NCBI GenBank assembly: GCA_040379205.1
Contig: JBEILM010000005.1
Location: 486 to 64,485, forward strand
Direction of reading: 5' to 3'
Length of the DNA: 64,000 nucleotides
Source: Gemmatimonas sp.
Lineage (GTDB): Bacteria; Gemmatimonadota; Gemmatimonadetes; Gemmatimonadales; Gemmatimonadaceae
Under the pieces are notes generated by a model. It was not told the DNA's origin. It made no database searches and saw only the letters and a program-made list of their open reading frames with translations. The position numbers and the translations under genes are program-made. Shown here piece by piece: positions 11,967 to 21,923 of the stretch. Within the stretch, counting starts at the first letter, position 1. Each line of letters starts with the position of its first letter.

Positions 11967-13766
11967 TCAGAGACCGAGTTCGTCTTCCGAGCTGTGCACC
12001 TTGCTCGGCTCAGCCGGCTTGGGCGGCTGCTCTTCCGGGATCGACGACACGGCGAGCACGATCCGACGGTGGATGGGATCCACCTCCAGCACGCGCATCA
12101 CGAAGTTCATGCCTTCGTAGGTGAAGTCGGCCGGATTGGTGACCGTCCCTTCCGGGTTGAGCTGGCTGACAGGCACGAAGCCTTCGATGTCGTTGCCGAG
12201 ATCGACGACCACGCCCTTGTCCATCAGGCGCACGACCTTGCCGGGGAGTTCGGTGCCGACCGGGTAGGTCTCACCGATGCGCAGCCACGGATCTTCCTCG
12301 GCCTGCTTGAGGCCGAGCGAGATGCGCTTGTTCTCGCTGTCGATGTTGAGGATCACCACATCGACCGCGTCGCCCTTCTTCACCACTTCCGACGGGTGCT
12401 GGACACGCTTGGTCCAGGACATGTCGGAGATGTGAATGAGACCGTCGATGCCGGGCTCGATCTCGACGAAGGCGCCGAACGACGTGAGGTTGCGGACCTT
12501 GCCGGTGATGCGCGTACCCACCGGGTACTTGAGCGGCAGGATGACCCACGGATCCTGCTCGGTCTGCTTCATGCCGAGCGAGATCTTCTCCTCGGTCTCA
12601 TCGACCTTGAGCACCACCGCCTCGATGGCCTCGCCGATCGAGACGATCTTGGAGGGGTGCCGGACGTTGCGCGTCCAGCTCATCTCGGAGATGTGGACGA
12701 GGCCTTCGATGCCCGGCTCGAGCTCGATGAAGGCACCGTAGTTGGTGATCGAGACGACCTTGCCGCTGACGCGCGTACCCACCGGATACTTGGCCGCCAC
12801 GTCCTTCCACGGATAGCTCTGGAGCTGCTTGAGGCCGAGCGAGATACGCTCGCGCTCCCAATCGATGTCGAGGACCTTGATCTCGAGCTCCATGCCGATC
12901 TGCACCATCTCGCTGGGATGCGAGATGCGGCCCCACGACATGTCGGTGATGTGGAGCAGGCCGTCGACGCCGCCGAGATCGATGAAGGCACCGAAGTCGG
13001 TGATGTTCTTGACCACGCCCTTCCGCACCTGATCCTTCGAGAGCTCCTTCATGAGCTTCTCACGCTTGCCGGCGCGCTCGGTCTCGAGGATCACGCGACG
13101 CGACACGACGATGTTGCGGCGGCGCTTGTTGAGCTTGATGATCTTGAACTCGTACTTCTGGCCGAGCAGCTCGTCGATGTTGGGCACGCGACGCAGGGCG
13201 ATCTGCGAACCCGGGAGGAACGCGTCGACGCCCATGAGGTCGACGACCACGCCGCCCTTGATCTTCTTGACGAGCGTGCCCTCGACCGGCTGATCGCTCT
13301 CGTAGGCGACGCGGATGCGCTCCCACACGCGCATGAAGTCGGCCTTCTTCTTGGAGAGGACGACCGAGCCTTCCTGGTCCTCGAGGTGCTCGAGGAGAAC
13401 TTCGACTTCATCGCCCGCCTTGAGGTCGGGCATGTCCTTGAACTCTTCGAGCGGGATCGTCCCTTCGGACTTGAAGCCGATGTCGAGGACGACGAGGTTC
13501 TCGCGGATCTCAAGGACGCGCGACTTGACGATCTCGCCTTCCTCGATGGACGCCAGCGTCCCGTTGTACAGCTCCATCATCCGCTCGTACTCGTCGGACG
13601 AGAATTCGTCCTCCTCGTAGAGTTCGGGGCGGCGATTGGCGAGGGGGCGCAATTGGCTCTTCTGCTTGTCGCGCTTCTCCCGGGCGGTCATCGTGGGATA
13701 CGCCGGGACTTCGTCAAGCGCGGCTTCGATTTCCGCGTTCAGCTCGGGGCTCAGTTCAGTGCTCAT
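11967..13766 (-). CDS. rpsA: 30S ribosomal protein S1
   Basis: Six S1 repeats (DIGFKSEG, FGAFIDLGGVDGLLHITDMSW, GIEGLVHISEMSW and others). Confidence 0.97.
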   Translation of the reverse strand: MSTELSPELNAEIEAALDEVPAYPTMTAREKRDKQKSQLRPLANRRPELYEEDEFSSDEYERMMELYNGTLASIEEGEIVKSRVLEIRENLVVLDIGFKSEGTIPLEEFKDMPDLKAGDEVEVLLEHLEDQEGSVVLSKKKADFMRVWERIRVAYESDQPVEGTLVKKIKGGVVVDLMGVDAFLPGSQIALRRVPNIDELLGQKYEFKIIKLNKRRRNIVVSRRVILETERAGKREKLMKELSKDQVRKGVVKNITDFGAFIDLGGVDGLLHITDMSWGRISHPSEMVQIGMELEIKVLDIDWERERISLGLKQLQSYPWKDVAAKYPVGTRVSGKVVSITNYGAFIELEPGIEGLVHISEMSWTRNVRHPSKIVSIGEAIEAVVLKVDETEEKISLGMKQTEQDPWVILPLKYPVGTRITGKVRNLTSFGAFVEIEPGIDGLIHISDMSWTKRVQHPSEVVKKGDAVDVVILNIDSENKRISLGLKQAEEDPWLRIGETYPVGTELPGKVVRLMDKGVVVDLGNDIEGFVPVSQLNPEGTVTNPADFTYEGMNFVMRVLEVDPIHRRIVLAVSSIPEEQPPKPAEPSKVHSSEDELGL

Positions 13767-13856
13767 ACGGTCGGGTTTCTCCAGGCTCGCGGAACTGCAC
13801 TCGCCGCGCCGAGACAGGGGGACAGGTCGTGTCGGTTTCTCCGACGGGAACCCGGA

Positions 13857-13885
13857 AACGTAGGCCCCCCCGAGCCTTCCGGCAA
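13857..13885 (-). promoter_or_regulatory. Sigma70-type promoter of rpsA
   Basis: TTGCCG(13885-13880)-N17-TACGTT(13862-13857). Confidence 0.65.
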
Positions 13886-13917
13886 TGCCCCCCGACCGAC
13901 GCGCCCCACCCGAGCCG

Positions 13918-15927
13918 TCAGGCGGGGCTGAGCCGCTCCCGCGTGGCCCGCGCCAGGGCGACGATCCGCTCCACCTGTTCGGCCTGGGTCACGGTGGTTG
14001 TATCGATGGTGATGGCATCGCTGGCGGGAACGCTCTGGGTCGCATCCTGGGCATCCCGGGCCACCAGTGCCTCGACTTCCTGCGCGATCTCCGCGTCGGT
14101 CGGGCGCCGCCCGAGCCGCTGGATCAGCCGCCGGCGCGCCCGCTCCCGGGTGTCGGCGATCAGAAACACCTTGAGCTGGGCATCCGGGAAGACCGCCGTC
14201 CCGATGTCCCGGCCGTCCACCACGACATCCACGGCCGCGCCGGCCGCCCGTACCTGGTCATTAACCCACTCCCGAACGGGGCCCATCGCGGCCACCCGGG
14301 AGACGTGGCGGGTGACCGCATTCCCCCGCAGTGCCTCGTCCTGCACCTGCCCGTCGATGAGCGGCAGCACCGACCGCGTGGTCAGCCGCCGGGTGACCCG
14401 GTGCGCCGCTGACAGCACATGGTCGGGCGTCCAGGTGTCCGGGGCTCCCCCCGTGCCGAGCGCCAGGAACGTGATAGCCCGATAGAAAGCGCCCGAGTCG
14501 ACATGCCGCACATCCAGTTCCTCGGCGACCCACTGGGCCGTGGAGCTCTTGCCAGACGCCGCCGGCCCGTCGATCGCGATGACCAGCGGCGCCGGCATGG
14601 TGTGTGGAGCCAGCGCCCCGCCTGCCCCGCCCACGCTGGTCGGAGCGGGTCCCACCACGGCAGCCAGGTCACGCCAGAAGGTGGGATACGATACCGCCAC
14701 GCAGCCCGGGTCATCCACCATGATCGAATTGCCGGGCAGCGCTCCCAATACGCCGAACGCCATCGCCAGCCGATGGTCACCGTGCGTCGTGACCCGCCCG
14801 ACCATCGGGCGCCTCGACCCCATGATGCGCATGCCGTCCGGGAGTTCCTCGACCTCCGCACCCAGCCCACGCAGGTTGTCGACCACGGCCCGGATGCGGT
14901 CGCTCTCCTTGACCCGAAGCTCCTGCGCGTCGGTGACGACGGTCTCGCCGCCGGCGCGCGCCGCAAGACAGGCGAGCATCGGCAGCTCATCGATGCACCG
15001 CGGGATCTCCGCCCCGCCGATCCGGGTGCCGTGCAGCGACGCCGGCCGCACGACCAGCGTGCCGATCGACTCGCCGCCCACCTCGCGCTCGTCCTCCACC
15101 GCGATGTCCACCCCCATGCGGCGCAGCACGTCGAACGCGCCGGCGCGCGTGGGGTTGAGGCACACCTGCTCGAGACGCAACTCGCCGTCATCGGCCAGCG
15201 CCGCCAGCGCGACAAAAAATGTGGCGGACGAGGGATCCGATGGCACCGTGACGTCGGCTGCCACGAGGTGCTGTCCCCCGCGGAGCGTGATGGCGTGTTC
15301 GTCCTGCTCGAGCACGACCCCGCGGGCGCGCAACATGCGCTCGGAGTGATCGCGTGATCGGCGCGGCTCCTCGACCACCACGTCGACGCCCGAGGCGAGG
15401 CCGGCGAGCAGCAATGCGCCCTTTACCTGGGCACTGGCATGCGCATTCACGTACCGGATGGGACGCAGCGCCGCCCCATGGACACGCATGGGCAGGCCGT
15501 CGTGCCCGGGCGCCCCTTCGAACTCGATGCGGGCGCCCATGGCCGCGAGCGGCTCGGCGACACGCCGCATCGGCCGGCGACTGAGGCTCGCGTCACCCTC
15601 GAAGCGCGCGGACCGTCCAGCCAGCCCGGCCACGAGGCCCGCGAGAAGGCGCGTCGTGGTGCCACTGTTGGCACAATCAAGCGCCGATTCCGGCGAATGC
15701 AGCGCCGCCAGGCCGCGCCCCTGCACCACGAAGTCGGCATCGAGCGCAGGAACCGCCACGCCCATGGCGCGGAGTGCCCCGGCGGTTGCATGCACATCGG
15801 CGGAGCGGAGAATGTCGCGAATGCGCGTCTCCCCATCCGCTATGGCCGCGAACATGAGTGCCCGGTGACTGATGGACTTGTCGCCCGGGGCCCGGATGGT
15901 GCCCCGCACCACGAGGCGCGCCGGCAT
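13918..15927 (-). CDS. aroA-cmk: Fused EPSP synthase / cytidylate kinase
   Basis: PGDKSISHRA, NSGTTTRL, SAQVK, RDHSERML, LRVKESDRI, DHRLAM, then IAIDGPAASGKSS...VDGRDIGT of Cmk in one frame. Confidence 0.9.
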   Translation of the reverse strand: MPARLVVRGTIRAPGDKSISHRALMFAAIADGETRIRDILRSADVHATAGALRAMGVAVPALDADFVVQGRGLAALHSPESALDCANSGTTTRLLAGLVAGLAGRSARFEGDASLSRRPMRRVAEPLAAMGARIEFEGAPGHDGLPMRVHGAALRPIRYVNAHASAQVKGALLLAGLASGVDVVVEEPRRSRDHSERMLRARGVVLEQDEHAITLRGGQHLVAADVTVPSDPSSATFFVALAALADDGELRLEQVCLNPTRAGAFDVLRRMGVDIAVEDEREVGGESIGTLVVRPASLHGTRIGGAEIPRCIDELPMLACLAARAGGETVVTDAQELRVKESDRIRAVVDNLRGLGAEVEELPDGMRIMGSRRPMVGRVTTHGDHRLAMAFGVLGALPGNSIMVDDPGCVAVSYPTFWRDLAAVVGPAPTSVGGAGGALAPHTMPAPLVIAIDGPAASGKSSTAQWVAEELDVRHVDSGAFYRAITFLALGTGGAPDTWTPDHVLSAAHRVTRRLTTRSVLPLIDGQVQDEALRGNAVTRHVSRVAAMGPVREWVNDQVRAAGAAVDVVVDGRDIGTAVFPDAQLKVFLIADTRERARRRLIQRLGRRPTDAEIAQEVEALVARDAQDATQSVPASDAITIDTTTVTQAEQVERIVALARATRERLSPA

Positions 15928-15929
15928 CG

Positions 15930-16781
15930 TCACCGCAGCCACGCCTCCAGCGCCGTGGCGGCATCCGTCTTGTCGTCGCGGTACTTCACGATAACCGGCG
16001 TCTGGAGCGACAGCCCCTGCGCCTCACCGAAGGCCGACGACACCTTGCGCGCGCCCGGCACCACCACCGCCCCCTCGGGGATGATGAGCGGCTGGTCGGC
16101 GCTGGCGCGATGCACGGTTTCCTTGACCAAGTCATAGACGGGCGTGGCACGGGTGAGAATCACCCCGGCGCCAAGCACCGCCTTGCTGCGCACCACGGTG
16201 CCCTCGTACACCCCGCAGTTGCCGCCAACGATGACATCGTCCTCGATGATCACGGGCGAGGCATTGATGGGCTCCAGCACCCCGCCGATCTGCGCCGCGG
16301 CGCTCAGGTGCACCCGCTCGCCGATCTGTGCACAGCTCCCGACCAGTGCATGCGAATCCACCATGGTCCCGCGACCAACGTAGGCGCCCACGTTGATGTA
16401 CATGGGCGGCATGCACACCACGTTCGGGGCCAGGTAGGCGCCGCGGCGCACGCTCGACCCGCCGGGGACGATGCGCACCTGATTCTCCATGCGGAACTCG
16501 CGCGTGGGAAACGTATGCTTGTCGAAGAAGCTGAAGGGGGCGTGTGCCGCGAACTCGGTCACCCGACCGATGCGGAACCCGAGGAGGATGGCTCGCTTGA
16601 CCCACGGCACCGCGTACCAATTGCCCTGTGCATCGCGCTGCGCGGCCCGGATATCGCCGCGCTCGAGGTGCGCGATGGCGGTGTCGAACAGCTGCTGGGC
16701 ATCGTGCGCCAGCGGCGCGCCGCCGTCGAGCAAATGCGGGTCGTTGAAGCGCGCTTCGAGGTCAGCGATGGACAGGGCCAT
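15930..16781 (-). CDS. dapD: Tetrahydrodipicolinate N-succinyltransferase
   Basis: WVKRAILLGFR, RIVPGGSSVRRGAY, GGVLEP, hexapeptide repeats. Confidence 0.93.
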   Translation of the reverse strand: MALSIADLEARFNDPHLLDGGAPLAHDAQQLFDTAIAHLERGDIRAAQRDAQGNWYAVPWVKRAILLGFRIGRVTEFAAHAPFSFFDKHTFPTREFRMENQVRIVPGGSSVRRGAYLAPNVVCMPPMYINVGAYVGRGTMVDSHALVGSCAQIGERVHLSAAAQIGGVLEPINASPVIIEDDVIVGGNCGVYEGTVVRSKAVLGAGVILTRATPVYDLVKETVHRASADQPLIIPEGAVVVPGARKVSSAFGEAQGLSLQTPVIVKYRDDKTDAATALEAWLR

Positions 16782-16825
16782 GGTGAGGTGCGGGTACGGG
16801 CAGGAAGGTCAGGAGCGGAGACAGA

Positions 16826-17719
16826 TCAGACGGGCAGCCGGCCGGCCTGCTGCAGAATGTCGCGTACGGAAGCACGATGCGCCTCGGCCAGCGGCACCAG
16901 CGGCAGACGGAGCACCTCATCCATGCGACCCATCCAGGCGAGCATCGCCTTGGCCGGAATCGGATTCGATTCCACGAACGCCGCGTCGACGACAGGAGCG
17001 AGCGTGGCCTCGAGGGCTCGCGCGGTCGCCAGGTCCCCGCGCGACAGGGCGTCGTACAGCGCGGCCACCGCCCGCGGCATGACGTTGGACACCACGGAGA
17101 TGATGCCGTCTCCGCCGTGCGCCATGAGGGCGAGCGTAAAACCGTCGTCGCCGGCCAGCACGCTGAAGTGCTCGGGCCGGTCGCGAAGAATCGTGACCAT
17201 CTGTGCCAGACTGCCCGACGCTTCCTTCACCGCCACAAAGCGCGGATCGGCGGCGAGTTCCAAGCAGGTGCGCGCCTCGAGATTGACGGCCGTACGCCCC
17301 GGCACGTTGTAGAGCACGATGGGGAGCGCGCAGGCATCGGCGATGGCGCGAAAGTGCGCCATCAACGCACGCTGCGGCGGCTTGTTGTACATCGGCGTCA
17401 CGTGCAGCAGGTGCGTGGCCCCGATCGCCTGCATCTCGCGCGAGGTGGCGATCGCCTTCTGCGTGTCGTTGGAGCCGGCACCGGCGATCACCGGTACCCG
17501 CCCGTTGACCTGCTCCACCGTGATCTCCACCACGCGACGATGCTCGGCCGGCGTGAGGGTCACCGCTTCCCCTGTGGAACCGCAGGGGACGACCATGTGC
17601 ACCCCTTCGGCGAGCTGCCAGTCCACGAACGCGCGCAACGCGGGCTCGTCCAGCGACCCATCGGCGCGAAACGGCGTGACGAGGGCGGTTCCGCACCCGC
17701 GGAGTCGGATATTGGTCAT
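16826..17719 (-). CDS. dapA: 4-hydroxy-tetrahydrodipicolinate synthase
   Basis: ALVTPF, GSTGE, PMYNKP, LYNVPGRT, VAVKEASG, ESNPIPAK. Confidence 0.96.
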   Translation of the reverse strand: MTNIRLRGCGTALVTPFRADGSLDEPALRAFVDWQLAEGVHMVVPCGSTGEAVTLTPAEHRRVVEITVEQVNGRVPVIAGAGSNDTQKAIATSREMQAIGATHLLHVTPMYNKPPQRALMAHFRAIADACALPIVLYNVPGRTAVNLEARTCLELAADPRFVAVKEASGSLAQMVTILRDRPEHFSVLAGDDGFTLALMAHGGDGIISVVSNVMPRAVAALYDALSRGDLATARALEATLAPVVDAAFVESNPIPAKAMLAWMGRMDEVLRLPLVPLAEAHRASVRDILQQAGRLPV

Positions 17720-17728
17720 GACGGGCAC

Positions 17729-18442
17729 TCAGGCGGTGGCGGCGTCGCCACGGAGGAGGTCGCGCATGGTGTAGACCCCAGGGGCCCGTGGGGCTGCGAG
17801 CCAGCGCGCCGCGGCCAGGGCCCCATCGGCGAAGACCCGCCGGTCGCGCGCCTCGTGCACCAGCCGGATCTGCTCGAAGGGCGCATCGAGGATGACTTCG
17901 TGCGTGCCGGGGACGTCGCCCACGCGCACGCTGGTGATCGGCACCTGGTGCCCGAGACCGACCGCGAGGCATTCGCCGATCGCGAGGCCGGTGCCCGACG
18001 GGGCGTCCTTCTTCGCGGCATGATGCGTTTCCACCACGTGGCAGTCGAACCCCGCCACGTCACGCACCCGACGGGCGGCATCTTCCGCGAGGGCCAAAAA
18101 GAGCTGGACACCCAGCGAGAAGTTCGGTGACCAGAGCGCCGCGCCGCGATGGGTACGGACCGCCGCATCGAGCCGCGCGGCTTCGGCGTGCCACCCCGTG
18201 GTGCCCACCACGACGGGGCACCCGAGCGTTAACAGCGCCTCCGCATTGTCGAGCGCCGTTTCCGGTGTGGTGAATTCGATCGCGACCTGAGCGCCACCAA
18301 GATCGGTGAGGGTGAGGCCGCGCGTCATCTCGGGCGCATCGAGGCGCGCCACGACCGAGCACTCGCGCTCCGGCGCGAGCGCCTCGAGTGCGCGGCCCAT
18401 GCGGCCCATACCGACGAGCGCCACCTTCACGGGTGCGCTCAT
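17729..18442 (-). CDS. dapB: 4-hydroxy-tetrahydrodipicolinate reductase
   Basis: GMGRMG, VVGTTG, SPNFSLG, ETHHAAKKDAPSGT. Confidence 0.95.
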   Translation of the reverse strand: MSAPVKVALVGMGRMGRALEALAPERECSVVARLDAPEMTRGLTLTDLGGAQVAIEFTTPETALDNAEALLTLGCPVVVGTTGWHAEAARLDAAVRTHRGAALWSPNFSLGVQLFLALAEDAARRVRDVAGFDCHVVETHHAAKKDAPSGTGLAIGECLAVGLGHQVPITSVRVGDVPGTHEVILDAPFEQIRLVHEARDRRVFADGALAAARWLAAPRAPGVYTMRDLLRGDAATA

Positions 18443-19794
18443 GCCGGCTGCTCGAAGAAAGCGGCGTGCAGGCGCCGCATGGCCGGAACCACCTGTTCGT
18501 CGTCGATGACAAGCGTGAAGTTGATGCCAGTGGCACTGAGCGAGGCCATGTGCACCGGAATCGGTCCGAGCGCTGCGAGGGCCTGCGCCAAGGCCGCGCT
18601 GCCATCGGCGATGCCGGCGCCGACCACGGCAACCACGCCGCTGCGCCGCTCCACCGAGACATCACCGAACGCGGCGAGGTCCTGCAGAATCGCCGCGAGG
18701 TGATTCGTGCCGTCGAGCGTGACCGATACCGACACCTCCGACGTGGTGACCACATCGACCGACGTGCGGTGGGTTTCGAACACCTCGAAAACGCGGCGCA
18801 GGAAGCCCGGCGCGAGCAGCATGCGGGAGGAGCGCAGCTTGATCATCGTCGTGCTGCGCTTGCCGGCGATGGCGCGCACCGGGAGTCGCGGGGCGTCGAA
18901 GGCGATCATGGTCCCCTGTCCGCCCGGGTTGCGCGAGTTGAACACGTACACGGGGATGCCCCGCTGCACTGCGGGCGCAATGGTGGCAGGGTGCAGCACC
19001 TTGGCACCGAACGCCGCGAGCTCCGCCGCTTCCTCGAAGCTGATGCGCTCGATGAGCCGCGCCCCGGGAATGACGCGCGGATCGGCCGTGAGCATGCCGT
19101 CGACGTCGGTCCAGATCTCGATGCCGGCGGCGTCGATCGCCGCCCCGATCAGGGAGGCCGAATAGTCCGAGCCGCCACGCCCCAGCGTGGTGGTGACCCG
19201 CGCCGACGTGCTGCCCACGAAGCCGCCCAGTACCGGAATGCGCTGCTGCTGGAGCAGCGGCACGATGCGATCACGACAGGCCTGTTCGATGGCGTCGGTG
19301 TCGGGTTCCGCTCTGGTGAAGAAGTCGTTCGTGCGCATGACATCGCGGGCGTCGACGAAGACCCCGGGGAACCCGCGCTGCCGAAATGCCGCCGCCACGA
19401 TCTGCGACGACAAAAGCTCCCCCACCGCAGCCACGGCATCGAGGGACCGCGGCGCGAGGTAGCCGAGGATTCGGAACGCTTCAGCGAGGTGCGCGAGCTC
19501 CTCGAATGCCGAGCCGATCTCGAGGGCGAGTTCATCGGCGTCGGGCGTACCTGCGAGCAGCGCCTGAGCTTCCCGCAGATGCCGCTCGCGGAGCTGCTCG
19601 ATGATCTGCAGGGCGGCCAGCAACTCCCCGTTGGCCGCCATGTGGGCGAGGTCGAGCAGCTGATTGGTGGCGCCTCCCAGCGCCGACACCACCACCACCG
19701 GCTGCTGCTCGAGCTTGGCGGTCACGATGTCGACGACCCGCGTGATCGCCGCCGCGTCGGCGACGGAGGTCCCGCCGAACTTGCAGACGATCAC
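18439..19794 (-). CDS. lysC: Aspartate kinase (LysC-type, two ACT domains)
   Basis: KFGGTSVAD, TTLGRGGSDYSA, WTDVDG, GAKVLHP, TTSEVSVS. Confidence 0.95.
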   Translation of the reverse strand: MIVCKFGGTSVADAAAITRVVDIVTAKLEQQPVVVVSALGGATNQLLDLAHMAANGELLAALQIIEQLRERHLREAQALLAGTPDADELALEIGSAFEELAHLAEAFRILGYLAPRSLDAVAAVGELLSSQIVAAAFRQRGFPGVFVDARDVMRTNDFFTRAEPDTDAIEQACRDRIVPLLQQQRIPVLGGFVGSTSARVTTTLGRGGSDYSASLIGAAIDAAGIEIWTDVDGMLTADPRVIPGARLIERISFEEAAELAAFGAKVLHPATIAPAVQRGIPVYVFNSRNPGGQGTMIAFDAPRLPVRAIAGKRSTTMIKLRSSRMLLAPGFLRRVFEVFETHRTSVDVVTTSEVSVSVTLDGTNHLAAILQDLAAFGDVSVERRSGVVAVVGAGIADGSAALAQALAALGPIPVHMASLSATGINFTLVIDDEQVVPAMRRLHAAFFEQPA

Positions 19795-20867
19795 GATCCG
19801 CGCAGCCCCGCCAACTGCCCGGTGGCCACGAGCAGCTCGGCGTTGAGGATCGATCCGCCGGCGGCTCCGCGCACGACATTGTGCGACATCGCCACCAGTC
19901 GCAGATCGAACAGATGGTCCTCACGGACGCGGCCCACCGTGGTGGCCATGCCACGCCCGGCATTCACGTCGCGCCGCGGCTGCGGACGGTCGAGCTCATC
20001 CCGAATGATCAGCGCCGGCTCCGGCGCCGAGGGGAGCCCGCGCACGGCGCTGTGTCCGGTCCACGCGCGCAGCACCTCGAGGGCCTGCGCCGGCGTCGGC
20101 TTTTGTGCAAACGCGACCGAGAGACACACGGTGTGTCCATGCTCGACCGGCACGCGATTGGCATGGGCGCTGGTCACGATGTCCGCATGCATCACCGTGG
20201 TCCCGTCGAAGGTGCCGAGCAGCTTGACCAGTTCGGTCTCGATCTTGGGCTCCTCGTCGCCGATGTACGGAATGACATTCCCGAGGATGTCGAGTGACGC
20301 CACACCTGGATAGCCGGCCCCGGAGACCGCCTGCATGGTGGTGGCGAACACCTTCGTCACCGTGAAGGCACGGTGCAGCGGCGCCAGCGCCGCCGCGATG
20401 ACGGTCACGGCACAGTTGGCGTTGGTGACGATGCCACCGCACCATCCGCGCACAGCCCGCTGATGCGCGAGCATGGCCAGGTGATCGCCGTTGACCTCCG
20501 GGATCACCAGCGGCACGTCCGGCGCCATGCGGTAGTTCTTGGCGTTCGACAGCACGAGCCGACCGGCCCGCGCAAAGGCGGCCTCGACCTCGCCGGCCAC
20601 GCCGGAATCGAGCGCCGAAAAGACGATCGGCGCCGTGACCTCATCGGGGGTGCAATTGCGCACGGGCAACGCGGCCACAGCGGACGGCAGCCGCCCCTCG
20701 AGCCAACGGGCGGCCTCCCGATACGGTTTGCCGGCGCTTCGCTCTGATGCGGCGACTTCGACGAGATCGAACCAGGGGTGCCCGTCGAGCGAGCGAATGA
20801 AGGCCTGTCCGACGGCACCGGTGGCGCCGAGGACGGCGACCGGCCAACGAGTGGCGGAGGTTGTCAT
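19791..20867 (-). CDS. asd: Aspartate-semialdehyde dehydrogenase
   Basis: VLGATGAVGQ, TNANC, QAVSGAG, NRVPVEHGH, HNVVRGAAG. Confidence 0.95.
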   Translation of the reverse strand: MTTSATRWPVAVLGATGAVGQAFIRSLDGHPWFDLVEVAASERSAGKPYREAARWLEGRLPSAVAALPVRNCTPDEVTAPIVFSALDSGVAGEVEAAFARAGRLVLSNAKNYRMAPDVPLVIPEVNGDHLAMLAHQRAVRGWCGGIVTNANCAVTVIAAALAPLHRAFTVTKVFATTMQAVSGAGYPGVASLDILGNVIPYIGDEEPKIETELVKLLGTFDGTTVMHADIVTSAHANRVPVEHGHTVCLSVAFAQKPTPAQALEVLRAWTGHSAVRGLPSAPEPALIIRDELDRPQPRRDVNAGRGMATTVGRVREDHLFDLRLVAMSHNVVRGAAGGSILNAELLVATGQLAGLRGS

Positions 20868-21856
20868 GCGAGCAGGGTGCGGACGATGCGGACGTAGGCG
20901 TCGACCGACGCCTCGAGTTCCGCCACATCGATGTACTCGATGGGCGTGTGCGCCACGTGGATGGAACCGGGCCCGAAGAGCAGCGGCGTGCCCCAGCGAT
21001 CAAGCAGCGGGATGTCGCTGGTGTAGGCCACCGGCGCGACGGCGAAGCCGTCGATCACGTGGAAGTGCTGCGCGGGAATGTGCGACCCCCACACGAGTTC
21101 GGCGCGATCGCCGGCCCAGGCGGTGAACGCCTGCTTCACCGGTGCCACGTCGCCCACGAGGCGGATCATGATCTCCGCTTCGGCCATCCCGGGCACGATG
21201 TTCGCCTCGGTACCGGCGCGGAGCACGCCGATGTTGTACGTGGTGGCGCCCAGGACGGGATCGACCGGCAACTGGAGGGTGCGCAACTCGGGGAGCATGT
21301 CGAGCAGCGGCTCGAGGGCGCTCTGCCCGAGATGGGCGTACGCCGAATGCGCCTCCCGGCCGCGCACGCGCACGATGACCCGCTGCGCCCCCTTTCCGCC
21401 CGAGGCGAGGGTGCTTTCGGTCGGCTCGCCATTGACGAGGAACCGGCTGGTGGCGGGCAGCCGGTTGGCGGCGCGCGCACCGGGCGAGCCCTTCTCCTCC
21501 CCCACCACATACAGCAGGTCGACGCGCTCCTCCCCTTCATCGGCGAGTCGCTGGGCCGCGATCATCATCGCGGCGGCGATGCTCTTGGCGTCGCACGCGC
21601 CGCGCCCGGAGAGCCGGCTCCCTTCGAGCCGAGGGGGAATGAAGGGGGGCACGGTGTCGAGGTGGGTGGACAGGGTGACCCCGCCCCCGCGCCGCTTGGC
21701 CCAGAGATTGGACCGGCCCGGTTCGACTTCCTGCAGGGAGACGTTCCACCCATGGCCGACCAGCCAGCGGGAGGCGAAGTCCACCGCCTCCCGCTCGCGG
21801 CCAGTGGTGGACTCGATGGACAGCAGTTCGGTGGCGAGGGCGACGACGTCGGACAT
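20864..21856 (-). CDS. M20/M25/M40 metallopeptidase (ArgE/DapE family), first gene of the dap operon
   Basis: THLDTVPP, GRGACDAK, VGEEKG, GEPT, GSIHVAHT. Confidence 0.85.
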   Translation of the reverse strand: MSDVVALATELLSIESTTGREREAVDFASRWLVGHGWNVSLQEVEPGRSNLWAKRRGGGVTLSTHLDTVPPFIPPRLEGSRLSGRGACDAKSIAAAMMIAAQRLADEGEERVDLLYVVGEEKGSPGARAANRLPATSRFLVNGEPTESTLASGGKGAQRVIVRVRGREAHSAYAHLGQSALEPLLDMLPELRTLQLPVDPVLGATTYNIGVLRAGTEANIVPGMAEAEIMIRLVGDVAPVKQAFTAWAGDRAELVWGSHIPAQHFHVIDGFAVAPVAYTSDIPLLDRWGTPLLFGPGSIHVAHTPIEYIDVAELEASVDAYVRIVRTLLA

Positions 21857-21923
21857 GGCGCACAAGATACAAGCATTGGCTCCCCGAGGGTCCCCCCCGC
21901 CGGGGATGCCGCTGCCTCCGCAC

